A DNA stretch of 64,000 nucleotides from assembly GCF_001447785.1 (NCBI RefSeq), contig NW_015172043.1, forward strand, positions 203,996 through 267,995, read 5' to 3'. This DNA is from Gekko japonicus. Its lineage: Eukaryota. The notes below the pieces were generated by a model. The model was not told where the DNA came from and ran no database searches. It worked only from the letters and a program-made list of their open reading frames with translations. This document shows, piece by piece, positions 37,331 through 49,640 of the stretch. Made by a program: the position numbers and the translations under genes. Each line of letters begins with the position of its first letter. Position 1 is the stretch's first letter.

Positions 37331-37663
37331 CGTTTTTATGGAAGGCGACAAGGCTCATTCCGTGCCCAAAGTGTCGCCATAGTGGGAGTGGGGATAAAGC
37401 TTGGCATCAAAGGTGGAACTATCAATTATTCGGGTTTCTCTTTTGTTTGGTTTTGTGACGGGACTACCCTGTTATTCTGCTGTAGCAAAAAAAGAAAGAA
37501 AAAATAGGCCCGTTGGACTTTACGGTCTAAACGATTTATTGTATCATAAGCTTTTGCAGTCTAGAGTGCTTTTCATCACATGCTTTGAGTGAAACCTCAG
37601 AAACCGTATACATTTAGGGACAAACATTACCGTGTGAACAGTGAGAATTAAATACCACGTACG

Positions 37664-37881
37664 TAGGGTTGCCAGGTCTGGGTTGGAAAATACCTGGAGA
37701 CTTTGGGGGTGGAGCCAGGAGAGGGCGGGGTTTGGGGAAGGGGGGAGCCTCAGCATAGTACAATGTCATAGAGCCACTTGTCAAAGCAGCCACTTTCTCC
37801 TGGGGAGCTGATCTCTGTCAGCTGGAGAGCAGTTGTAAAAGCAGGAGATCCCCAGGCCCCACCTGGAGGCTGGCAACCCTA
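37664..37881 (+). mobile_element. hAT MITE (TAGGGTTGCCA TIR family)
   Basis: Perfect TIRs TAGGGTTGCCAG / CTGGCAACCCTA. Same family as 16275-16484 and 50439-50655. Confidence 0.8.
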
Positions 37882-38399
37882 GTCAAGGGACACCTTAAGA
37901 CCAACTATTTATTTCAGTATGGGTGTTCAGGAGTTTCAGCTCATTCTTCAGATATATGAAGTGTAAATCCTACTGGGAAATATGGGGAAGGTTGGGGGCC
38001 ATAGTTTGGTGTAAATTACACCATGAGTTTCTTCAGTATTCTCAATATAAGGGGAAAAGATAGAAGATGTATCAGAACAATAGAGATTTTACTCATTAAT
38101 GTTAGTCTTTAAGATGCCACTGGACTTTTGTTTTATTTTGCTAGGGCAGACTACTACAGCTACCCCTTGCAGTTAAATGCTATGAAGGTGTAGCCTGTGG
38201 CTTGCTTGTGCAAAACTGAAAAGTGTGTCACAGATTATGCCTCTTGCATTTCATGTGCTTTTAGACTGCATCTATATTTTATATATTTTCAAAATGTATA
38301 TGCTGATTCTTGGCTGTGTTGGAAACATGCTCACAAAAGAGTAAAACATACATTTAAAAATAAAATATGAAATCAAACCACCACCACCTAACAATACTT

Positions 38400-38585
38400 G
38401 TAACCACATTTCCATCTTGTCAGATGTTGGAAGCTAAGCAGGGTCGGCCCTAGTATTTGGATGGGAGATCACCAAGGAATACTGGGGTTGTGCCACAGAG
38501 GCAGGCAATGGCAAACCACCACTGAATGTTTTTTGCCTTGAAAACCTGCAGAGGGTCACCATAAATCAGCTGTTACTTGACAGCA
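38400..38585 (+). mobile_element. 5S-derived SINE
   Basis: GGAAGCTAAGCAGGGTCGGCCC..TTGGATGGGAGA head plus family tail. Confidence 0.7.
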
Positions 38586-38639
38586 AAAAAAGGGGGGGTG
38601 TCACAAACCTTGGCCATAAAACTAGTGTGCTAAAGACCA

Positions 38640-39212
38640 GTGAAAGAGGATTTTGTTGCAAATATTCAAAAATCTAGGAACAGAAGGTGCTTTACAGGAC
38701 TTCTACAGAGAGCTATGCCATGAAGATTGAAAAAAACTAAGACCTAGCAGAAGAGGTCCATACTTCCTGCTGTGCTGCTATAAAGAGCAGTTGCACAGAG
38801 GACCTTAGTTTGTAGGAAAGCAACTCTTTATGTATATGAATTCCAGGTCATAAAGCCCTTTATAAGGAAGAACCAGCATCTTGAGTTCCATTGAAAACAG
38901 GCAAGCGATAAAGCTGTTCTGTAGTTGGTGGAATAAGCACCTGCACTCATCATAGATGTGTACCTGCAATTTGTACTAATTGACATTTCTGTAAGAACTT
39001 TAAGGGCAGCCTCACATAAAAGTGCAGTACAGTATTCCAGCCTAGAGATTACAGAATCATGGATCAATATCATTAGATCAGCTCAGACTAAATGGGAAGA
39101 ACCTACAAATGAAGGTCCAGTGATAAAAGGTTTTCTAAATATCGTTAACAACACACTCTTCCAAGGGCAGAACTGCATCCAAGGATACACCCAAACTTTT
39201 AACTCTGTCTGA
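38640..39212 (-). mobile_element. Degraded L2 LINE fragment
   Basis: ISRLEYCTALL resembles the L2 motif TSRLDYCNAL. Confidence 0.55.
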
Positions 39213-39589
39213 CAAATGAACACCATGTATTATACATTTTATCCTGATAGAGAATTCACTCCATGCATCTACAATAGTAAACTGTAGCCTACAAATACTT
39301 CAGCTGCAAATTTGTTAGTCCAGGCTACTTTTTTTGTTTCTTCATGATCTCAACCTTTTTTGTTTACCCTGCCTTTTTTGGTTGGGTATTTTCCCCTTTC
39401 TTTTAGTGTTAAATCCCCATTCAGCCACAGAACTCACTGGTGACCCAGGGGCAATCACTGTCTTAGGAAAGTACCATGAGAGCAAAATAAGGATGGAAAG
39501 ACCACATATGCCACCACCCCAAGCTCCTTGGAACAGGGAGGGACATGACTTATATTCAGTAAAATTAAAATTGAGATATGCTTTCTTTT

Positions 39590-41013
39590 GCCATGATCCG
39601 GATAGCCCAGGCTAGGCCGATCTTGTCAGATCTCAGAAGCTAAGCCAGGTCAGCCCTGTCTAGTATTTGGATGTGAGACCTCCAAGGAATACCAGAGTCA
39701 TGACATGGAGGCAGACAATAGCAAACCACATCTTAAGTCTCTTGCATCGAAAACCCTATGGCAGGGGTGTCAAAGTAATTTGTTATGAGGGCCGTATCTG
39801 ACATAAATGAGACCTTGTTGGGCTGGGCTATGTGTGTCATAAAATGTAATGCCAGGTAGCAGAGATATAAACTTTATAAAAGACACAGAGACAAACATAA
39901 TTAAAGATTTTTTTAAACTTTAAATAAAAGATGCTTAAAACACTAGCACTTTTGCAATATTCTGTCTATTTAGCAGTGTCTGATAACTGACACCTCTGCT
40001 CTGAATTAATGCAGCAAAATGCCTGTGCTGTAGCAATCTTGAGTATGCTGTTCAGGTGTGTATCTGTAAGCTACAAACCTACTTTTGATTTACTGACATC
40101 CATTACAGAAATCTCATGCTCAGTGTTCCTAGCCTGGGACCCAGGGAAAAACATAAAATGGCTGGGCATTGCAGCCTTTTGTATATAAGTTGCTTCATGT
40201 GCTGGTCAAGAACATGAGAAGGCATCCTGACACAGACTGAGGGCCATGTGTTTGTCTACAAAACAGTCTTCCGCAGAGAAATAACTACAACTTCCTACAA
40301 AGGAAATGTGCTGGGTGAACTTGGTCTGGACAGCCTAATCCACCTCACTGGCTTATTGTTATTCCTCCTCTAAAATAGTTCACATTGCTTTCGTACTGAG
40401 AAAGACTGGATCATGAGGGCATGAATACAGTGAAAAGGGGGAGGGAACCCAGTTGCACCCAGGAGAGCCCTGGCATAAAGTGCCCAACGAAACACAAGCA
40501 CACTGTAGCAAAGCACACAAAAGCTCATACCTTGAATAAAACTTTGTTGGTTGGTATTTCTCCCGTGTGATTGAGGCAGCCCAGAAAAGCAAGCTCTCCC
40601 TCATTCCATCCCTCCCTCCCTTCCTTCCTGGAAGGAGGAGCCCCAGCTAGTGGAAGGGAAGAAAAGCTCCCCTTTATTTCCTGCAGCCTGGCCAGGAAGC
40701 AAGCTCTGGCTGTTCCCTCCCTCCCCCTGGGAGAAGGAAGGGGAGGAGCCTCAGCCAGTGCTTTACCAGACTCTCTCAATCACACAGGAAAGGCTTGCCA
40801 TCTATCTCTCCTGTGCGATTGAGAGAGACTGGTAAAGTACGCTGTGACATCGCAGCAGCAAGAGAACTGGAAAAGGAAGTAAGAAACATGCAGGGCTTTG
40901 CAGGCTGGACTGGGGCCCTCCGAGGGCCTGATATGGCCCACAGACCGCATGTTTGACACTCCTGCTCTATGGGGACACCATAAGTCAGCTGTGACTTGAC
41001 AGCACTTTCCACC
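39590..41013 (+). mobile_element. 5S-derived SINE (39590-39761 and 40965-41013) split by a 1.2-kb non-autonomous hAT element (39762-40964)
   Basis: hAT TIRs CAGGGGTGTCAAA / TTTGACACTCCTG; TSD CCCTATGG / CTCTATGG. SINE sequence resumes directly after the TSD. Confidence 0.85.
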
Positions 41014-41298
41014 ATGCTTTCTTTTAGACATCTTTCCTTTTAGAAAACTTTTAACATTTGTAATCTGTGACAGCACAAGTTTTCAAGACAGAGTATTTGA
41101 TCCTCATGCCGTTTAAGAAGATCCTGGTTAGCAAGGCAACCACTCATTTACATATACTTCTAAGTTTGTCCAGTCGCTACAGGATGGATGTGAACACTGA
41201 ATGAGTAACCCAGTGAGAAGAACGTGCAGCCAATTGCTCTACCCATATTTGAACCATATGATCAACTCAACCAACCACTGCCATTAAATAAAAGAATT

Positions 41299-41304
41299 TT
41301 TATT
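41299..41304 (-). terminator. FMC1 polyadenylation signal AATAAA
   Basis: tttatt on the + strand about 40 nt past the FMC1 stop. Confidence 0.6.
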
Positions 41305-41343
41305 TAAATAAAGTTCCTTAAAGATTAGCAAATGATTTCATAT

Positions 41344-41547
41344 TTATGACTCCCACCCTTTCCCTCCAGGTTGGTGAGGTAGCTTAAGGCCCACTAGCCC
41401 AGCTACTTCCTCTGGTGAGCGCTCTCCACTGCCATGATATTCCTGATGCAGCGCTAAGTGCTTCCGAACACTATGCAAAAGACAGAGATAGGTGGCAGCC
41501 TGGAAATGCAGATCATGTTGAGCCCTGCATAACTTTTCACTGGTTAC
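41344..41547 (-). CDS. FMC1: FMC1 exon 2
   Basis: ctccag| then VTSEKLCRAQHDLHFQAATYLCLL...GLKLPHQPGGKGWES* (204 nt). Confidence 0.96.
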   Translation of the reverse strand, partial: VTSEKLCRAQHDLHFQAATYLCLLHSVRKHLALHQEYHGSGERSPEEVAGLVGLKLPHQPGGKGWES

Positions 41548-41869
41548 CTGGAGAGAAAGAAAGGTAAATAAACACAAGGAACTTGGAACAAACACACACT
41601 AGAATTCCACTCAAAAAGCTAAGTAACTTTTAACATACTGCTTCACTAGCATGGATACATACTATATATGTAACATAATGCCAGAACTTAACTAGAACTT
41701 TTTACAGTGGGTGGAGGGAGCTAGAACAGACATGGGAAATAGCTATTTAGCTCTGGATATTAGAATATGGAAGAGAGCAAAGTGTACTTCAGCTTTCTAA
41801 GCCACTCTCTCAAGGGTTCAGACAGATAATACTATTAAAAACAACATCCAACACATAGAAATAAAATAC

Positions 41870-43060
41870 TGTTGTTGTTGTTGTTCAGTCGCACAGTCGA
41901 GTCCAACTCTTCGCAACCTCATGGACCACATCACGCCAGGCCCTCCTGTCTTCCGTCCTGCTCTGGAGTTTGCTTAATTTCATGTTCGTTGCCTCAATAA
42001 CACTGTCTAACCATCTCATCCTTTGCCATCCCCTTCTTCTTTGACCTTCAATCTTTCCCAGCATCAGGGTCTTCTCCAGTGAGAGGTCCCTTCTCATTTG
42101 GTGGCCAAAGTATTTGAGCTTCAGTTTCATTATCTGGCCTTCCACGGAACAGTCAGGGTTGATTTCTTTTAGGATTGACTGATCTGATCTCCTTGCAGTC
42201 CAGGGGACTCTCAAGAGTCTTCTCCAGCACCATAATTCAAAAGAATCTATTCTTCGGCGCTCGGCCTTCCTTATAGTCCAACTCTCTCAGTCATACAGTA
42301 CTACTGGGAATACCATTGCTTTGACCATATGGACTTTTGTTGGCAGGGTGATGTCTCTACTTTTTAGCATGCTGTTTAGGTTCGCCATCGCTTTCCTCCC
42401 AAGGAGCAGGCATCTTTTAATTTCATGGCTGCAGTCACCATCTGCAGTGATCTTAGATCCCAGGAACATGAAGTCTGTTACTACTTCCACGACTTCTCCT
42501 TCTATTTACCAATGAGTGATGGGGCTGGATGCCATGATCTTAGTTTTTTTGATGTTGAGTTTCAAGCTAACCTTTGCACTCTCCTTTCAACATAAGCAAG
42601 AGGCTCTTTAGGTCCTCTTCACTTTCTGCCATTAGAGTGGTATCGTCTGCGTATCTGAGGCTGTTGATGTTTTTCCCAGCAATCTTAATTCTGGCTTGTG
42701 ATTTATCCAGGCCGGCATTTTGCATGATGTAGTCTGCATATAAATTAAATAAGCAAGGTGACAATATACATCCTTGCCGTACTCCTTTTCCTATGCTAAA
42801 CCAATCAGTTGTTCCATATCTGGTTCTAACTGTCGCTTCTTGACCTTTATACAGGTTTCTCAAGAGACATGTGAGGTGGTCTGGTACTCCAATCTCTTTA
42901 AGGACTTGCCATAGTTTGTTGTGATCCACACAATCAAAGGCTTTAGCGTAGTCAATGAAGCAAAAGTAGATCTTTTTCTGGTACTCTCTTGCTTTCTCCA
43001 TAATCCAGCAAATGTTGGCAATTTGATCTCTAGTTCTTCTACCTCTTCGAAACCCATCTT
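41870..43060 (-). mobile_element. 5'-truncated BovB (RTE) LINE in the FMC1 intron
   Basis: FIDYAKAFDCVDHNKLW, GVRQGCILSP and LRYADD motifs, interrupted by stops; (CAA)n tail. Confidence 0.93.
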
Positions 43061-43669
43061 ATTTAAGTCCTAAAGTTACAATCCTATTCACACCTACTTA
43101 CACTCCACTGAAATTGGTAGCATCTGGGATCATGCTATATAATGCATTACCTGAAGAAAGAGTTGTTCTTTGTCTATTTAGGCTTAAGAAGCAGGCTGCT
43201 TTAGGGAAATTCAGCTCCTACAGCTGTGAAGATGTCAGTGAAAACACGTTTTTGTATCCCCATGATGCAGACGCTGTATATACAGAAATGAGAGCAGTTT
43301 CAGCGTCCTGGAGGAGCCCAAATTGTGAGTTTCTTATGTAAATTTGGGGGAAGAAACACGGTGGCCTTCTACAAATGAACGATAATAATATCTCTATTTG
43401 ACTCGTGTAAGTTTCACACTTTGGCCGTCGCCTAGCCATAACATGAGATGCGTCTAACGAAAGCAAGAAATGTCCCCAAATCTTGGACTTAAATGTTTAG
43501 AGCACCCTCATTTGGCTAGTCCTAAAAACGTAGCATGCCGAGCGTGGGGCAAGGGGCGCAGAGGCAGAGCTACTAAGGCGGTTGAGATTTAAAAGGAAAA
43601 AAGTGAGACGTTGCAGGAGCGAGTCCCCAAATATCTGCAACCTCTTCCCCCACCCCCACATCAATATAC

Positions 43670-43807
43670 CCGATGAGCGCGGAAGGCCTCCTTCAAGTAC
43701 TGATAAGCCGCCATGTCTCGGTACGAACGACCAGCCTCCCCTTTCGTATAACGAAGCTCACGCACGAGGGAACGGAAAGTCCGCAGCGGCAACCCCAACG
43801 CCGCCAT
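43670..43807 (-). CDS. FMC1: FMC1 exon 1 (mitochondrial complex V assembly factor, C7orf55)
   Basis: MAALGLPLRTFRSLVRELRYTKGEAGRSYRDMAAYQYLKEAFRAHR (138 nt), donor CGG|gtatat. With exon 2 gives 113 aa. YY1-type AAGATGGCGGC over the ATG; CCAAT at 43836-43840. Confidence 0.95.
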
Positions 43808-44731
43808 CTTCACCCTGGGAGTCTCACGTTCTCAGCCAATAAGGGTGTCCCGTCGGCCCTTGGAGAGGAAGCCCCTCCTCTGCCCCACAAGGATGGTTAA
43901 GGAGGCCAGAGCAATCCAACTGAAGAAGTCCCTGCGCCTCTCAAACACCGACCCGTGGATCTCCGCGAAGCGTCGCTCCGGAGGCGCCACGGGCGCTCTT
44001 TTGCTTTGGGAAGGCGATGTTTGTCTTTGTTTGACAGCTCGGAGTGTCTTTCCCCCTCAGTATACTTATCAGCAAAATCAGTATATAGCAGATTGGACGA
44101 CACCCCTCTACGGGGTATGGATCCAAGCCACTTAATAGGCTCCTTCTTCCCGCTGGCTTCGATGAGAGTATCACAGAAAAAGCAGGAAACAACTGGCTGC
44201 GGAGGCAATAACCTTCGCCAAGGAAAGAAATATTGTGATTTTCATGGCCTTTCAATCCATGTGAGCTGCTTTGGAGGCCGATTTTTGGAGCGAAAGCTGC
44301 ATAATTAATGTAAACAAACGAGCAATGAATTCTGTGTAATGAACAGTAAATTCCATTCCTCCTTTATGTAAGGTTTCTGCATAGTCCTTTATACACTGGA
44401 ATAAAATGTTAGTCTTTCAGGCCGCCGGCAGTTATTTTTGCTGCAAGCAACAGACTGACACGGCTAGCCCAGCGGAATTATTATACGGCACAGTGCATCC
44501 TCTGTGTAGAGTGCATCCTCTGAAAAGCTGGATTCCGATCAAGTGGTGCTCACATTTTACGCAAACGAATGCAACATGGACGAGAGTGCAGACTTGATTA
44601 CTCGACAGTGCACATGCATTGGTTGGATTTCTAACACTTATAACGGAGAAAAAGCGTAATTATTGTTTGCGGCCTTAAAATATATAAAAATGAAATAAAA
44701 AATATATTAAAATGTGAGGGGGGGAAAAGCT

Positions 44732-44804
44732 CACCCCAGATGGGACTCGAACCCACAATCCCTGGCTTAGGAGGCCAATGCCTTATCCATTAGGCCACTG
44801 GGGC
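44732..44804 (-). tRNA. tRNA-Arg (anticodon CCT)
   Basis: 73 nt: GCCCCAGTGGCCTAATGGATAAGGCATTGGCCT-CCT-AAGCCAGGGATTGTGGGTTCGAGTCCCATCTGGGGTG. Full cloverleaf, A and B boxes, TTTT Pol III terminator at 44728-44725. Confidence 0.97.
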
Positions 44805-45184
44805 TGACACAATAAAGCAGCTTTTGATTACATTCTTGTAGTGACTGTCGTCACATCCTTTTGCAGCTGATTTCACTTTATTCTGTATGTCACCATTCCT
44901 ATGCCATTTCGTAAAATAGGAGCTAGCTTGAAATAATCTTGACAGATGTAGGGAAACATAAAAAGAGTTATGTTTCGAGTTCTTAGCTGTAAAAGTAATT
45001 TGAATTAGTGTGAAACAATTGATAACAAAAGGTCACCTGAAGTGCTACTTTTCGTTGCGGGTGCGGAACTTTGGAACAATCCTGCTTCTCCCCCAAAAGT
45101 TATGTTGGTCACTTGACGATTCTCATTTTTAAATAGGAATCTGGGTGCCTTAAACTCCTGATGAATGTGGAAAGGAAGCAGATA

Positions 45185-48100
45185 ATTTTTTAAAATAGTT
45201 TTATTGCGAATTTTTGTAAAACTGAAAGATGAAAAATAACAAAAAGTATTGAAAAAGGAAATAGAAATACAAAGCTAAAGGAAAAATAAAAAATAAATAT
45301 AAAGAAGTGGATTCTGATTTTCTCTATGACAAATACAAGTAAAATTACAAACTTTTGTTGTTGTTCAGTTGCACAGTCGAGTCTGACTCTTCGCTACCCC
45401 ATGGACCAGCTCCCGCCAGGCCCTCCTGTCTTCCGCCGTCCTCTGAAGTCGGCTCAATTTCATGTTCGTTGCATCTATGACACTGTCTAACCATCTCATC
45501 CTTTGCCGTCCCTGTCTTCTTTGACCTTCAGTTCTTTCCCAGCATCAGGGTCTTCTCCAGTGAGTGCTCCCTTCTCATTTGGTGGCCAAAGTATTTGAGC
45601 TTCAGTTTCATTATCTGGCCTTCCAGGGAACAGTCAGGGTTGATTTCTTTGAGGATTGACTGATTTGTTCTTCTTGCAGTCCAAGGGACTCTCAAGAGTC
45701 TCCTCCAGCACCATAGTTCAAAAGAATCTATTCTTCGGCGCTCGGCCTTCCTTATAGTCCAACTCTCACAGCCATACATGACTACTGGGAATACCATTGC
45801 TTTGACCATGCGGACTTTTGTTGGCAGGGTGATGTCTCTACTTTTTATCATGCTGTTTAGGTTCGCCATCACTTTCCTCCCAAGGAAATCTTTTAATTTC
45901 ATGGCTGCTGTCACAGTCTGCGGTGATCTGGGATCCCAGGAACGTGAAGTCTGTCACTACTTCCACGACTTCCCCTTCTATTTGCCAAGGAGTGATGGGG
46001 CCGGATGCCATGATCTTAGTTTTTTTGATGTTGAGCTTCAAGCCCACTTTTGCGCTCTCCTCTTTTACCCTGAGCAAGAGGCTCTTTAGGTCCTCTTCAC
46101 TTTCTGCCATTAGAGTGGTATCGTCTGCATATCTGAGGTTGTTGATCTTTTCCCCAGCAATCTTAATTCCCGCTTGTGATTCATCCAGGCCAGCATTTCG
46201 CATGATGTACTCTGCATATATATTAAATAAGCAAGGCGACAATATACATCCTTGTCGTACTCCTTTTCCTATGCTGAACCAATCAGTTGTTCCATATCCG
46301 GTTCTAACTGTCGCTTCTTGGCCCTTATACAGGTTTCTCAAGAGACATGTGAGGTGGTCTGGTACTCCCATCTCTTTAAGGACCTGCCATAGTTTGTTGT
46401 GATCCACACAGTCAAAAGCTTTAGCATAGTCAATGAAGCAGAAGTAGATATTTTTCTGGTACTCTCTTGCTTTCTCCATAATCCAGCGAATGTTGGCAAT
46501 TTGATCTCTAGTTCCTCTACCTCTTCGAAACCCAGCTTGTACTTCTGGTAGTTCTCTATCCACGTACTGTTGAAGCCTAGCTTGTAGGATCTTGAGCATG
46601 ACCTTGCTAGCGTGTGATATGAGTGCAATTGTGCGATAGTTTGAACATTCCTTGGCATTGCCCTTCTTTGGGATTGGAATGTATACTGACCTTTTCCAAT
46701 CCTGTGGCCACTGTTGCGTTTTCCAAATTTGCTGGCAAATGGAGTGCAGAACTTTAACAGCATCATCTTCTAAGACTTTGAATAGCTCAGCTGGAATACC
46801 ATCACCTCCACTAGCTTTGTTGTTAGTAATGCTTTCTAAGGCCCATTTAACTTCACATTCCAGGATGTCTGGCTCGAGGTCAGTGATTATACCGTCGTGG
46901 TTGTCAAGGACATCGAGGTCTTTCTTGTATAGTTCTTCTGTGTATTCTTGCCATCTTTTCCTAATCTCTTCTGCTTCTGTTAGGTCCCTACCGTTTTTGT
47001 CCTTTATCATGGCCAGCTTTGCATGGAACGCTCCCTTGATTTCTCCAATTTTCTTGAAGAGATCTCTAGTCCTTCCCATTCTATTGTTTTCTTCTATTAC
47101 TTTGCACTGTTCATTCAGGAAGGCCTCCTTATCTCTCCTTGCTGTTCTCTGGAAATCTGCGTTCAGTTGGGTAAATCTTTCCTTTTCGCCTTTGCCTTTC
47201 GCTTTCCTTCTTTCTTCTGCTATTTGTAAAGCCTCATCAGACAGCCACTTTGCTTTCTTGCATTTCTTTTTCTTTGGGATGGTGGTGATTGCTGCCTCCT
47301 GTACAATGTCACAAACCTCTGTCCATATTTCTTCAGGCACTCTATCTATCAAATCCAGACCCTTGAATCTATTCTTCACCTCTACTGTATATTCATCAGG
47401 GATGCGATCTAGGTCAAACCTGAATGGCCTAGTGGTTTTCCCAATTTTCTTCAGTTTAAGTCTGAATTTTACAATTACAATTACAAACTTATCACTCTAT
47501 AATAACAAATGGGGAAGAAGCTCCCCCCTTTCTATTATCTAATCCCACTCCCCAATCATCAGATCCGCAAATCGGCAGTTCATTTTTTTCTGTTTCGTGC
47601 AAAAAGTCTATAAGGGGTTTTCAGTTAACAATAAATGTAGAGAATGTCTTTTTTCTGATCAAAGTAGGTTCGCCATCTCTGCAAGGTCAATCATATTCAC
47701 CGACCATTCCTCTGTTGTGGGTAATGTTGAACGTTTCCATTTTTGTGTGAATAATAATCTTGCTGCCATTGTCATACATGGAAATAAAATTCCATGACTT
47801 TTTTCTGTTTGTCCACCTTAGGTTTCATTTGAACATTAATTAGTCTTTAGAATCTTCTTCTTAATGTATTTGTACCCCCACACCCCTTTTGGCTTTGTTA
47901 CACATTCAACATAAATGATAGAATGTCCCTTCATTTTGTTAACATTTTCAACACACATCCAAAATATTGTAATATATTTTTGCTAATTTATCTGGTGACA
48001 TATACCATCAATACATCATTTTTAAAAATTCTCTTTAAGACTAGAGCTTAGTATAAATTTAAGACCTTTCATCCACATTATTTTCTCATTGTTCTATTTG

Positions 48101-48610
48101 TATATTGTATCCAAGGTTTTTAGCCCATTTTATCATAGATTCTTTCACTCACTCATACTCTGTCTCAAATTTCAACAAGAGTTTATACGTTTAGCAATAA
48201 CATGTTCGTCATTTGTACATAATTCTGTTTCAAATTCAGTTTTAGATTGTTCAAAACCATGAGATTTCGTATCTTTTTGATAATTGTGCATTAAAAATTG
48301 GCAAGTGTATCCTTCTGTTTCCAAATCTTCTCTTAATTTCATTTTACAATCCCATTGAGAGAAATCTAATATGTCACGATATGTTAGCCATTTATGCTTA
48401 GTTATCATTTCTCATCTATAAAATGCTTCTTGTGTAGAAAGCCACAAAAGTGTTTTTGGATACAACCTAGGTTTGTATTTATTCCATATTTTCAAAATAG
48501 CATGTCTAATATAATGGTTTTTAAAATCCACATTAACCTTGGCTTTGTCATAACACAAATAACCATGCCATCCAAATATCAAATGAAAGGAAGCAGAGAA
48601 TTAATAAAGT
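45185..48610 (-). mobile_element. Degraded L1-clade 3' fragment (45185-45354 and 47479-48610) interrupted by BovB
   Basis: Reverse strand has ORF2 C-terminal remnants (KMMY*WY..PDKLAKI, KWVKN) and an AATAAA/A-tail near 45186-45205. Confidence 0.7.
45355..47478 (-). mobile_element. 5'-truncated BovB (RTE) LINE with 513-aa open ORF
   Basis: Complete RT motif set (NYRTIALISHASK, QAGFR, YAKAFD, GVRQGC, YADD); (CAA)n tail; 12-bp TSD AATTACAAACTT at 45343-45354 and 47479-47490. Confidence 0.95.
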
Positions 48611-48811
48611 AAAAAACAGTTCATGATTTTGAAAATTTTATTTATGTTATAAATAGTACACCTTTGTCACATTAAACAGTGTATATCAATAAAATCAACA
48701 GGATGAGACATCCAATAAGCAATGCAATAGGATTAGTAAAGCAGAAATCTGAAACAGTCAAAACAAAGCATGACAGGACATAACAGGATATAGTAGGATC
48801 ATACATACAGT

Positions 48812-49420
48812 AAAATGGGGTTGCACTTACCTGTAACCATTGTTCATCAAGTGGTCTTCTGTGCAGGCATAGGTGGGGACTGTGCTTCCACAAGTCAGCC
48901 ACAGAGAGGAGCTAGCAAGCATTATAAAGAAGTTTCTAGAGTCCAAGAGTGCTCCTCCTCTCCGCCATCTACAGCATTGCCTTTCCCGCCCAAAGGATCA
49001 CCTGATGGAGGAGGAGCAAGCACTGTCCCCTCAATTCTCCCTTCACTGCTGGAAGAAGTCAGTCTCAGTAGAGAAGCCCAGTGAAGCCCATGTTATATAG
49101 CAATGGAAAGGAGGGATATGCACCTGCACAGAAGGCCACTCGAAAAACAACAGTTACGTGCAACACTCCCTCTAAGCTATGGAGTCTTGTGAGCAAAAAT
49201 TCTACTTTGTGAGCTACTGGCATCAACGTTGTGAGCAAGTGATTTGGCCGCTGCATAAATTAGTTTGCTCTGGAGCCATCCTTCCTGATCCAAGATAAAA
49301 ATCTGTGAGCTGAAGGCTAAAAAACTGTGAGCTAGCTCACACTGACTCATCTTAGAGGGAACACTGGTTATGTGCAACCCCATTTTCATATTCATAGCTT
49401 CTGTGCAGTCCCACATGGAA
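48812..49420. mobile_element. Internally deleted DIRS-like element with inverted termini
   Basis: AAAATGGGGTTGCAC..GTAAC..AGTGG.CTTCTGTGCAG at 48812-48867 recurs inverted at 49120-49386 (split by a MITE). CTTCTGTGCAG is repeated again near 49398. Confidence 0.5.
49161..49366 (+). mobile_element. hAT MITE, same family as 35427-35632
   Basis: Same TIRs and body; TSD GTTACGTG / GTTATGTG. Confidence 0.88.
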
Positions 49421-49640
49421 GAATACAGGCTGTTATGTCTGCTGACCGCCACCAGGGGCCAGCGAATACCCCCGAGCTTGACTCTGTAGGAACAATGGGG
49501 ACTAGGTTCCTAGCCTCTCCACTTGGGAACCAATAGGACCGTGGCGGGAGATTTAAACCCACCAACGGGACCTAGGGGTGTGTCCCCAGGTGTGTATATA
49601 GTTGGCCAGCCGGCCAGTAGTTGTTGTCTTTTGTTGTGTA

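Noticed and set aside
43845-44308. Cluster of ~100-aa ORFs upstream of FMC1
   Set aside because: GC-rich promoter DNA with ORFs in several frames on both strands and no domain signal.
46652-47542. 296-aa plus-strand ORF (and 45923-46402)
   Set aside because: Antisense shadow of the BovB ORF; no independent protein features.
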